Positions 40,573 to 49,728 of a stretch of 64,000 bases of DNA are shown here, piece by piece. The DNA comes from an uncultured Planctomycetota bacterium (GTDB taxonomy: Bacteria > Planctomycetota > Phycisphaerae > Tepidisphaerales > Tepidisphaeraceae), in the NCBI GenBank assembly GCA_963841915.1, contig CAWJEN010000005.1, positions 992,001-1,056,000 on the forward strand. The letters run 5' to 3'. Under the pieces are notes generated by a model. It was not told the origin of the DNA, searched no databases, and saw only the letters and a program-made list of their open reading frames with translations. Made by a program: the position numbers and the translations under genes. The first letter of the stretch is position 1, and each line of letters begins with the position of its first letter.

Positions 40573-40691
40573 CGGTGCCACTGCTTGACCACCTTCTGAG
40601 GTGGGCAACCAGTGTCTGCGACGGGTCGCAGTCATGCGCCCGTCGCAGACACTGGTTGCCCACCTCAGAAGGTGGTCAAGCAGTGGCACCG
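40573..40691. repeat. 53-bp perfect inverted repeat (REP-doublet-like)
   Basis: 40573-40625 is the exact reverse complement of 40639-40691; each arm is itself an imperfect hairpin. Confidence 0.92.
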
Positions 40692-40730
40692 GGCACTTGA
40701 CGGGCAGTCTTCTTCAGCACAAGGCGTAAG

Positions 40731-40799
40731 CAGCCGCGGCTCTACGAGCCGCAGGTCCGACTCTGAGACTCAGATTGTCGGCTCGTAGAGCCGCGGCTG
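40731..40799. repeat. 21-bp perfect inverted repeat containing GTAG + palindrome
   Basis: CAGCCGCGGCTCTACGAGCCG (40731-40751) / CGGCTCGTAGAGCCGCGGCTG (40779-40799). Confidence 0.88.
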
Positions 40800-40832
40800 G
40801 TCGGGAGATGTCGGCGTCGCAGCAGAACAAGA

Positions 40833-40862
40833 AACCGGCCGACCCTCGCGGGTCGGCCGGTT
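40833..40862 (-). terminator. Intrinsic terminator of the DUF1559 gene
   Basis: AACCGGCCGACCC / GGGTCGGCCGGTT stem followed by a T-rich tract on the minus strand. Confidence 0.75.
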
Positions 40863-40889
40863 AAAACTTGACAGCATGCGGCGAACGGA

Positions 40890-41768
40890 TCAGTTCGAGA
40901 AGGGCCAGGTCGACATCCCAACGTTGCCGTACCAGAAGGTGGTCTTGTGGGGGTCAGGCGTGCCACCCGGCGTGCCGTCGGCGGTGAAGCCGAAGGCGTC
41001 GTCGTTGTTGGGAACCTGATCCTTCTCCATGGCGGTGACGTGACCGTCAGCCCAGACAATATTGAGCTTCTCTCCAGCCTGGTAGTGCGGGGCCAACGCG
41101 CCGGGGAAGCGGACGTCGGATGGCGTGAAGTGCTCCGGCCAGACCGTGCGGGCGGGTCCGGTGATCTCGCCGGTCGCGTTGTTGACACCGAACACTGCAT
41201 CGAGGAGCAGGGCGACTTCGGTGCTGTTGCGGATCTGGCTGAACTTCTTCGGCTTCCACTTGTACTGGGTCGGGAACGCAGGGAAGGAGCTGAAGATGTC
41301 CGTGCCCCGCAGGTTCATGTTCAACGCCCACATGGAGTGATCGTGATTTGTCTGCTTGAACGGATCGACGTCAGGAACTGCCGGGCAGATCAGGAACTCG
41401 TTGACATCGGTGCTCGTCGCGTCCTCGATTTCCGTGCCGAGGTATGGGCGGATCAGGTACGACCACGACCCTTGCGTGGAAGCACCCCACTGGAGCCAGC
41501 TCGGCTGGCCAAGGTTGGTCGGGATGCTCTCGACGATGAGCGAGCCGTTGTACTCGTTGGCGTACATCTGCCAACCCGTGCTGATTTCCCGGCCGCGGGC
41601 CTGGCAAGTCACCTGCAAGGCAGATCCGCGGGCGCGGTTGAGCGTCGGCAGGAGAATCGAGATCAGCAACGCGATGATGCCGATGACGACGAGCAACTCG
41701 ACCAGCGTAAAGCCGCGACGAGTAACGGGGGCGGACGCTTTGGAAGGCGTAGTTCCGGCGTAAGTCAT
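40890..41768 (-). CDS. DUF1559-type / prepilin-like H-X9-DG protein
   Basis: GFTLVELLVVIGIIALLISILLPTL cleavage/N-methylation motif; NIVWADGHV; GAGGAGG RBS. Confidence 0.92.
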   Translation of the reverse strand: MTYAGTTPSKASAPVTRRGFTLVELLVVIGIIALLISILLPTLNRARGSALQVTCQARGREISTGWQMYANEYNGSLIVESIPTNLGQPSWLQWGASTQGSWSYLIRPYLGTEIEDATSTDVNEFLICPAVPDVDPFKQTNHDHSMWALNMNLRGTDIFSSFPAFPTQYKWKPKKFSQIRNSTEVALLLDAVFGVNNATGEITGPARTVWPEHFTPSDVRFPGALAPHYQAGEKLNIVWADGHVTAMEKDQVPNNDDAFGFTADGTPGGTPDPHKTTFWYGNVGMSTWPFSN

Positions 41769-41840
41769 GATGAACCTCCTCAGGTTGCGCCCCGGCCCGC
41801 CGAACAGTCGACGGTCCTCCAGGCGGCGTGTTCAAACGAA

Positions 41841-41876
41841 AGGCTACCACAATTCGGCGCTGTGTCAACACTGACG
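41841..41876 (-). promoter_or_regulatory. Putative sigma70 promoter overlapped by palindromic operator
   Basis: TTGACA (41868-41863), 16 nt, TAGCCT (41846-41841) with TG extension; CTGTGTCAACACT identical to 35834-35846. Confidence 0.6.
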
Positions 41877-41988
41877 ATCCACAGTCCTGCAAAAGATTCG
41901 ATTTTCTTCGCCGGCCACTGATTTACTTGCTGTTTAGGCGACGCATTGTCATGATACAGGACGCGACCAGCCGGTCGTTTCCTCCGTT

Positions 41989-44900
41989 ATGGCCGACACC
42001 GCACCCTCCGATTTTGCCTTTCTTCAGTTCGCCGCCCCAAGGATTGCAGAGGCTCATCGGCGGGTCGGTCAGGCCATCTGGGTCGATGTCGCCGCCGATC
42101 TTCGTCTCCAGGCGGCGGCAGCGACGCACGAGCATCGGACGGCCGTCGAGGCCGACAAGCTCGCGTACGAGGCCATCGATGTCCAGACGCTTCCGCTGAC
42201 GTGGGGCCGAAAATGGCAGCAAAAGTGGTGGCGACTGACTCTGACGGAACCGACGGCGACAGACCTTTACCTGCGGTGGCACGATCAGGCCGAGGCGACG
42301 ATCTATGACGGGCAGTTACCCTTTTACGGCTTCGACGCAGGTCATCATCACGCGCCGCTTCCTGCTGGTAAGACGACGTTCGGCATCGAAAGCACCTGCC
42401 AGAACGCAGCGATCTGGGTGCCGAATGCCAAGTACGGCTTGAGCGAGTCCGGTAGCGTGTTTCGCGGCGTGTCGTTGTGCCGTCGCGACGAGGCGGCGTG
42501 GCAATTGTGGCACGACCTCGACGTGCTGATCGACCTGTGCCGCATCCTGCATCGGCAGACGGAGCCGAAGTACGAGCAGCGGACGCACGGCGCGGGCGAC
42601 TTGTTCGACCCGGTCGGGTTCAGGCCGCCGATCGAGTCGTGCCACCCGATGCTGCGGATCGTGCTGCGTCGGCTCGCTACGGCAGTTGATGTGCTGGATC
42701 GGGATGGTGCCGAAGCGGCAACCGTGGTGACGGGCGACCTGTTCGCCTCGCTGCCAGCCTCGTCGTGGGCGCCCGACGCGGTGTTGACGGGACACGCGCA
42801 CATCGATTTGATCTGGAAGTGGCCCGAGCGAACGGGCGAGGCCAAGGCCGTCCACACCTTTGCCAATGCGTTGTCGATGTTGGAGCAGTACCCGGAGATG
42901 ACGTTCGGCTACAGCCAACCGGCCAGCTACGAGGCCGTGCTTCGGCGGTCACCCGAGGTGATGGCCAAAGTGGACGAGCAGATCGAAGCAAGCCGCTGGG
43001 AAGTGGCCGGTGGGATGTACGTCGAGAGCGACACGGAGATCGCCTGCGGCGAGGCGTTGCTGCGGAGCGTCGAGATCGGCTGCGACGAGGTCGAGCGCCT
43101 GAGTGGTGAAGCGGCCGACCTTCGTGTGGCTGCCGGACGTGTTCGGGTACAGCGGCGTGTTGCCGACGATTCTGGAGGGGTTTGGCATCACGAGCTTCTT
43201 CACGACGAAGCTGCACTGGAGTCGTTGGACGCGGTTCCCGTACACGAGCTTCAATTGGCTCGGCAACGACGGCAGTTCGGTGACGACGCACATTGCACGG
43301 CAGCACTACAACCTCGAGTCGCGGCCGGGCGATCTGGATTTGGCGCAGCGGGATCATCTGCAGGTGGCCGACCACGGGGCGATGCTTTTGCCGACGGGCT
43401 TTGGTGACGGCGGCGGTGGGCCGACGCCGTCGATGGCCGAGCGGGCGCGGCGACTGGCGAACCTCGCCGAGATGCCTCGAACGAGGTGGGGCCGGATCGA
43501 CGACTTTTTCGCGGATTTGCAGAAACGACGTGACGTGCTGCCGACGTGGCGTGGCGAGATGTACGTCGAAGGACACAAGGCAACGCTGACAACGAACGGC
43601 CGTCTGAAGGCGACGTACCGGGCGGCAGAGCGGGCGCTGCAGGCGTGGGAGGCGGTGCGTTGTGCCAAGGGCGGTGGGCCGATTCCAATCGAACCTTGGA
43701 AGCGGGTCGTCTTCACGCAGTTTCACGACGTCATCACCGGCACGAGCGTGCAGGAGGCGTACGAGGAGTTGCTGCCCGAGCTGGAGCAACTCGCAGCAGA
43801 CGCGCTGGCCGCGGCGAGGCACGAGCTGACAGACGACAGCGGCCAAAGCGACTGCGTGTTCAATCCGCTGCCAATGTCGCGACTGGCGGAGGTCGATGGA
43901 AAGCTGGTGACGCTGCCGGCCCTGGCGGGCGTAGCGGTAAGCGAGCTGAAGGCGCTCCACGCACAGCCGACGCGGCAAGCCGGGTTGCGGCTGACCAACG
44001 AGCGGGTCGACGTTTCTTTTACAGAAGACGGCACGATCGCGTCGCTCGAGATCGACGGCGAATCAGTGGCAACCCGTGGCGAGTGCGGCAGGTTGACGGT
44101 GGCGCCGGATCATCCGCCGGCGCACGACGCGTGGGACACAGAAGCTTCGAGCTTTGCTGCGGCGGTGCCGTTGACGGCACTCAGGCAGGTTGATGGCGAC
44201 CGTGACGAAATCGCGTTCGCTGGCCAAACCCCCGGCGGAAGTGACGTGACGGTCCGCTACCGGTTGTCGCCCATGAGCCCGGTCGTGGAGGTCTGTTGGG
44301 AGCTGGATTGGAAGGAGACACAACGCATTGTGCGGGCGAGCTTTGCGACCGGCTACGACGGCGAGAGTGCCCGGTATGGCGCGCCGTTCGGAAGCTGCCT
44401 GCGGTCGCAGCGCGGCGGCACGTTGGCGGAGGCGGCGCAATACGAGAATCCGATGAGTCGTTGGTCGATCGCCCTCGATGGCGGTCAGCGACGCGGGCTG
44501 TTCCTGGTGACGAAAGACAAGTATGCTGGTGGCTGCCGGGACGGGACGCTGTCGCTGACGTTGCTCCGTTCGCCGCTTTACAACGACACGCACGACGAGC
44601 GTCAGCTTCGCGACCTCGACGCCTATGGCGGGACGGCATGGCAGACGCACACGGACTTGTGCCGCCACGAGATCCACGCGGCCATCGGGCTGTTCAACTG
44701 CGACGCACCGGCGGATGAGCAGCCGGCGACGCTGGCCGACACGCTCTACACGCCGCCGATCCGATATCGGGGTCGACCGTGCGATGCGGGTCTGGGCGAT
44801 GTCGCCTGGCCGACTGGTGTGACAGCCGCCTGGGCTAAGCCGGTCGATGCGGCTTCGTGGTTGCTCCGATGTCACGACACGCTCGGCACCGGCGGGACGC

Positions 44901-45001
44901 TCGACGTGCCGAACGCGGTCGCCTGCCGAGCCGACGGCCAAGCTACCGACGCGTCGCCGCTCAAACCGTACGGGATCGCGACGTTGAAGCTCACGCGGTG
45001 A
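41989..45001 (+). pseudogene. GH38 alpha-mannosidase-family gene with one +1 frameshift near 43105-43108 (pseudogene or sequencing error)
   Basis: GHAHIDLIWKW, GGMYVESD...GEALLR | WLPDVFGYS, GFGDGGGGP, QFHDVITGTS, LTLLRSP; removing 1 nt gives 1004 codons. Confidence 0.9.
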
Positions 45002-45854
45002 TCCGCTCGATCCGCACGATGCGATCGAGCTTGAACGTCCGCCGATCGTCACGCATGCGGCAGTAGGCGATGAGCGTGCCCGTTCCGCGGAAGCGACGAA
45101 TCTCCAGCGGCTCGATCTCGCGGCACGTCTCTTTGCGGCGGGCGTCGAGGTAGGTCATCCGCACCATCTGCCGGGATTCGAGGGCTTCGATCAGCTCCGG
45201 TGGCAAGTCAGGCCCGACCTCGTCGACCGACGAGTCGATCGGCATCGGGCCGCCTTGCGATTGGATTGCGTTCAAGAGCGAACAGCCGAAGCCGCCTTGC
45301 GGTTCGAGCAGCTTTTTCAGCGTTTCACCCGTCGTCACGGCATCGGCGAGTGCGCGGTGGGCGTCGGTTGGCATGACGCCCAATCGCCGGCTCAGCTTCT
45401 GCAGGCCGTTGCCCCCGCGGCCGAAGCGACGGCGGGCGATCTTGACCGTGTCGAGCACGTGCGGGTTACCAAGCTCGGCCGTCAGCGACGTGCCGCCACG
45501 CCGAAACTCTGCCGACAGGAAGCCGAGGTCGAATCGCACATTGTGCCCGACGACGATCGCGTCGGCCATGAAGTCGACTACTTCGTCAAGCCGTTCTTCG
45601 AAGGTCGGCTGGCCGTCGACCATGTCCTGCGAGATGCCGGTGAGCGTGACGATGCTTCCAGGAATCCGCCGATGCGGGTCGATAAGACGGCTCAGATCGC
45701 GTCGGCTGCCGTCGGGCTCATAGCGGGCCACGCCCACTTCGGTCACGCGGTCGCCGAAGCGTGGGCTCGAGCCGGTCGTCTCGACGTCGACCACGGCAAC
45801 GGGCACGTCGCAGAGTCGGCTCAGCAGGGACAGCGTCGAAGGCACAACATCCAC
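44991..45854 (-). CDS. DEDDh (DnaQ-like) 3'-5' exonuclease fused to a C-terminal WYL domain
   Basis: DVETTG, GHNVRFD, HRALADA; then MTYLD...REIEP...LIAYC...RTFKLDRI. Start uncertain. Confidence 0.88.
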   Translation of the reverse strand: MDVVPSTLSLLSRLCDVPVAVVDVETTGSSPRFGDRVTEVGVARYEPDGSRRDLSRLIDPHRRIPGSIVTLTGISQDMVDGQPTFEERLDEVVDFMADAIVVGHNVRFDLGFLSAEFRRGGTSLTAELGNPHVLDTVKIARRRFGRGGNGLQKLSRRLGVMPTDAHRALADAVTTGETLKKLLEPQGGFGCSLLNAIQSQGGPMPIDSSVDEVGPDLPPELIEALESRQMVRMTYLDARRKETCREIEPLEIRRFRGTGTLIAYCRMRDDRRTFKLDRIVRIERITA

Positions 45855-45882
45855 CGTACGCCGCGTCGGCCCGGCAGGATCG

Positions 45883-47106
45883 CTACCGCGGCGCGTCGAT
45901 CGGCAGGCCAGGGGTCGGCGTGCTGGTGGCGTCCCGTTCGTCGGCGCGTGGCGTGCGGATCCAATCCCGTTGCCGCTTGAACACAAAGGCCGCTTGGTTC
46001 GGGATGCGACGCAACAGATACGACGGCAGCCCCAGCAGCACCGACGGCGGCACGTCGCGTCGCAGGTGCACCAGCCACGTCAACGCCAATGCCAACGACA
46101 GCAGCACGAGGCAGCCAAGCGCTATTCCCGTCGCCGTCGCGGCCAGGGGTCCGACGCCGCCCAGCAGCAGCACCCGCAGACTCGTCAGCAACACGATGAG
46201 CGTCAGCCCGCCGCACAGCACTGTTAGCGGCTGCACCGCGTGATCGAGCGCAGCGGCGATGAGCTTCAGGTCGCCCTTCGCGATGCCGCGAATCAACATG
46301 CCCGGCGTTGCCAACAGCACGGCCATGTGGCCGTGTTCCCAACGACGTCGCTGCGTCGCGGCGTCGTCATCGTCGCCAGGCAGTTCGCCGTTGAAGCGGG
46401 CGGCGGGGCAATAGAGCGGGTGTTCGCCGCGGTCGCACAGGTTCAGACCCAGCCGCATGTCCTCGACAAGGTCACCTGTCGCCAGCGGCATCTCGCGGGC
46501 GAGCCCGCCGCTGAATGCCATGCCGCTCCCGAGCAGCGGGCAGGGCAACCCTGCCTGCCACAGACCCAGCGGCCTGACGTGGTTCTTGAGGACAAGGGCG
46601 AAACGACTGACGTGATCCCGCCGCGACGGATCGGGTGGCAGCGACATGAGATACCGGCCCTGCGCCGGTCGTTTCGTCGACAGGCACTGCCTGGCCAAGG
46701 CTGCCACCGCGCCGGGCTCGGCCGTCACGTCGGCATCGTTGAAGATGACGACCGGCGGCACGTCGCCCGTCGCCGCCAGCTCCCTCATGCCAGCGTCGAG
46801 GGCATACCCCTTGCCGCGACAATCATCATTGCGACGCTCGAGGCACTGGGCCCCTGCCTGCCTCGCGACGGCGGCAGTGGCGTCGTTGCAGTTGTCGGCC
46901 ACGACGAGCAACCGGTCGCCGTGCTCAAAATCAAGCTGCGCCGCCAGCGAGGCCAACGTTGCCGGCAACAGCGCTTCCTCGTTGTGGGCCGGCACGATGA
47001 CGGCCACACCCGGCTTGGCACCGGGCTCGGTTGGAGCGTTGCGACGCAACGCGATCGTCGATGCCAGGACCTCGGCAGCAAGCACGAAGACCGGCACCGC
47101 AAGCAC
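45883..47106 (-). CDS. Family 2 glycosyltransferase
   Basis: IVPAHNEE, ADNCND, GKGYAL, DAD, VED, QRRRW. True start probably slightly upstream. Confidence 0.9.
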   Translation of the reverse strand: MLAVPVFVLAAEVLASTIALRRNAPTEPGAKPGVAVIVPAHNEEALLPATLASLAAQLDFEHGDRLLVVADNCNDATAAVARQAGAQCLERRNDDCRGKGYALDAGMRELAATGDVPPVVIFNDADVTAEPGAVAALARQCLSTKRPAQGRYLMSLPPDPSRRDHVSRFALVLKNHVRPLGLWQAGLPCPLLGSGMAFSGGLAREMPLATGDLVEDMRLGLNLCDRGEHPLYCPAARFNGELPGDDDDAATQRRRWEHGHMAVLLATPGMLIRGIAKGDLKLIAAALDHAVQPLTVLCGGLTLIVLLTSLRVLLLGGVGPLAATATGIALGCLVLLSLALALTWLVHLRRDVPPSVLLGLPSYLLRRIPNQAAFVFKRQRDWIRTPRADERDATSTPTPGLPIDAPR

Positions 47107-47385
47107 GGCGGCAACGACCAGGAGGATGACGTCGAGGGCGATCAGGGGGTGGTGGTCAAGCTACGTATCTCTATATCGGCGGCTCGGGTCCGCGGCTGTG
47201 CCGCTGAGACCCACCGGGGGCCACGAAGTGTACCACTCATGTGCGGGATCGCAGCGTGAGGCGTTCCGGCAGGATCGGCAGCGGGTTGCAGGCAATATGA
47301 CGCGCAGTAGGCCGCCACGCCACCCACCGAACCGCGCCGCGTCTGTGGGCAGCGTCCGGTAACCAGTCTCAGCCGTCGCGCAACG

Positions 47386-48603
47386 TTATTGCCCGAAGAG
47401 CTGCACCAGTTTCGCAGCCTCCAGCGTCGCATCGTGCCGCTGCCGAACGGCCGCCCGGCCGTCGTCGCCCATCTGCCTGAGCCGCTTCACAGGGGTCGCA
47501 AGGATCTGCTCCATCGCCCCTGCCAGCCGCTCAGGGTCACCCGGAGGGACGAGCAGGCTGTTGTCAGCCGTCGCCAGCTCCGGCATGCCTGCCACCGTCG
47601 TCGCCACGCAAGGCCGCGCAAGCGCCAGCGACTCCATCAGCACGACCGGCAATCCCTCGGCGAAGCTCGGCAGCAGCGTCGCCCGACAATCGAGCATGTG
47701 TTGTCGCACCTCGTCCCCACCCGCCAGCCCGTGCAGGATGACGTGTCGCTGCAACTCGCCGGCAGCAATCTCCTGCTCCAGTGGGCCTCGCAATGGTCCT
47801 TCGCCCACAAGGTCGACGCGGAAGTCGATCCCGCGATCGCGTAACAACTTTGCCGCCCGGACCAGCATGAGCTGTCCCTTCTGCTCCGCCAGTCGGCCGA
47901 CGCATGTGAACGACCGGCTGTTCTCATCGATCGGTGGCGGGGCGTCGTCGCTCAGGAACTTGTCGTCGACGCCGCAGTGGACGACCTCGACTTTGTCCCA
48001 GTCGCCGAAGTCGGTCCACCGCCAGAGCTGGCTTCTGCCGAACGAGCTGATAGCGACGGCAAACTTGCTGTGCCGCACCTTGCCACCGAGGTCGAGTCCG
48101 ACGGGATTGTCGAACTCTTCGGGGCCGTGGCAGGTGAAGCTAAAGGGCGGCCCGCCGAGCAGATGGCAAAGGCGAGCAACTTCGGTCGAGTTCGTGCCGA
48201 AGTGGGCGTGAACGTGCGTCGCCCCGCAGTTGTCGAGCATGCGGACGAGTGAGCAGGCCTCTGCAAGGTAGATCGAGTAGGCGTGCCGACGACTGGCGGC
48301 GAAGCGGGACGCCTTCCACGCCATCGCGGCGGCACGGGCGAATCTGCCGGGCCGCGTCAGGGCGATCTTGTTCACGTCAGCCGCAAGGCCGGCAGCGCCG
48401 CGTCCCAAAACGGCAGTCGTCTTGCCTCGCTCGGCCTCGTCGCGAGGGTCGGCCAGCTTGCCGTCGAATCGACGCAGCGTGAAGCGGCTGACGGTGTGCC
48501 CATCGGCCTCAATGGCGGCAATCTCACGTCGGATAAATGACTGGCTCGGCTGCGGGTACTGATTGACGAGATAAGCAACGTGCACGCCCCGTGTATCGAC
48601 CAA
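47386..48603 (-). CDS. Family 4 glycosyltransferase (WcaL-like)
   Basis: YPQPSQSFIRRE, HAHFGTN, VGRLAEQKG, EGLPVVLMES. Confidence 0.92.
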   Translation of the reverse strand: MVDTRGVHVAYLVNQYPQPSQSFIRREIAAIEADGHTVSRFTLRRFDGKLADPRDEAERGKTTAVLGRGAAGLAADVNKIALTRPGRFARAAAMAWKASRFAASRRHAYSIYLAEACSLVRMLDNCGATHVHAHFGTNSTEVARLCHLLGGPPFSFTCHGPEEFDNPVGLDLGGKVRHSKFAVAISSFGRSQLWRWTDFGDWDKVEVVHCGVDDKFLSDDAPPPIDENSRSFTCVGRLAEQKGQLMLVRAAKLLRDRGIDFRVDLVGEGPLRGPLEQEIAAGELQRHVILHGLAGGDEVRQHMLDCRATLLPSFAEGLPVVLMESLALARPCVATTVAGMPELATADNSLLVPPGDPERLAGAMEQILATPVKRLRQMGDDGRAAVRQRHDATLEAAKLVQLFGQ

Positions 48604-48665
48604 GTGAGGAGCGCTTCACCCAAAACAGGGTCATGATCGCCTGCCGCAGGGCATCGGAACGAGCT

Positions 48666-49148
48666 TTACGTCAGCTCGACACGATCAAAGGTGATGCCAC
48701 CAGGGTCGGGTCGGGCGAAGTAGCCGTCGATCCCGACGGTGCCGATGGCATGGCGAATGGTGTAGGCGGCGCGGACGAGGTCGGCCCGTTGGAGCTGTTC
48801 GGCGCTTTCGATCCGAACGCCCAGACGGTTGCCGTAAAACGCGCAGCCGCCGTGCTGGATGAGGACGACGCGTTCGAGCTTGTGGGCATCGACGAGGAAC
48901 TTCAGCTCGTCGAGCACGCCTTGTTCGGCGACGCGGGCCTGTGCGTAACCGGCCAGTGTCGCGGGTCCGCCGGGCAGGGCGACGCGGTCGTACTTGGGCA
49001 GCTTCAGGCCGCGATAGATGAAGTCGTCAAAGGCTTCACCGAATCGGCCGTCAGAGCAGTAAATGGCGGCGGCGTGGATGCGGTCGGCGTCGAAGCCGAT
49101 CGTCGACACGAACGGCAGAGAAACGTCGCTGGAAGCAAGCTGACACAT
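48666..49148 (-). CDS. Putative beta-carbonic-anhydrase-like zinc protein
   Basis: CSDGR (CxDxR), PGG and HGGC (HxxC) zinc-ligand pattern. Confidence 0.65.
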   Translation of the reverse strand: MCQLASSDVSLPFVSTIGFDADRIHAAAIYCSDGRFGEAFDDFIYRGLKLPKYDRVALPGGPATLAGYAQARVAEQGVLDELKFLVDAHKLERVVLIQHGGCAFYGNRLGVRIESAEQLQRADLVRAAYTIRHAIGTVGIDGYFARPDPGGITFDRVELT

Positions 49149-49207
49149 GAGCAGCGGCAGCCTATTACGGCTACCGCTGCCATTGAGTCAGGAGTCGGTC
49201 GACAGGC

Positions 49208-49417
49208 TCAGCTGGCCATGCGGGCCGGCTCTTCAGTCGGCTGACGCAGGGCCGGCCGGAATGCGTCTGTCGGCGGGGCCAGCGACTCGCGACGCGCCGG
49301 TGGCACGCGGAGCATCGTCTGGCAGTACTGGCAACGCACGACCTTGCCACGCACCTCGTCGGGCACCTTGAGAATCTTGCGGCAGCGGAGGTTCGGGCAG
49401 ATCAGTTGGCAGGACAT
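49208..49417 (-). CDS. Small zinc-ribbon protein
   Basis: CPNLRC...CQYC, 69 aa; GGKVVRC-type zinc-ribbon pattern (RGKVVRC). Confidence 0.75.
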   Translation of the reverse strand: MSCQLICPNLRCRKILKVPDEVRGKVVRCQYCQTMLRVPPARRESLAPPTDAFRPALRQPTEEPARMAS

Positions 49418-49728
49418 GATGCGTGAGTTCGTACAGGGGGCAATGCGGCGAAGGTGCCACGGCTGGTCGCGTCACCGCCTCGCGGGCGATCGGCCTAGCC
49501 ATGTATCGACCGGCAGCCGTTGAGACTTTGGCCGATGTGTCGGCCGACACACCGAAAAGTCACATCCACCCATGCGTCGGGCAAATGGGCAGGGCGGTTT
49601 TCTCCTTCAGAAGCAGGCACGATGGTGGTGATGCACGGGCGCTGCAGACGCCGGACACGCGTTCTGATAGCGCGACTGCGGGTCGCAGAGCCTGACCAAG
49701 TCTCGCCTGACGCATAACGACGTGTGGC

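Noticed and set aside
39121..43110. Programmed ribosomal frameshifting in the sulfatase and GH38 genes
   Set aside because: No slippery heptamers; three shifts in one gene are better explained by indels.
49495..49535. Sigma-28-like promoter (GTCGATAC) upstream of the zinc-ribbon gene
   Set aside because: The -35 match is weak and chance matches are likely in GC-rich DNA.
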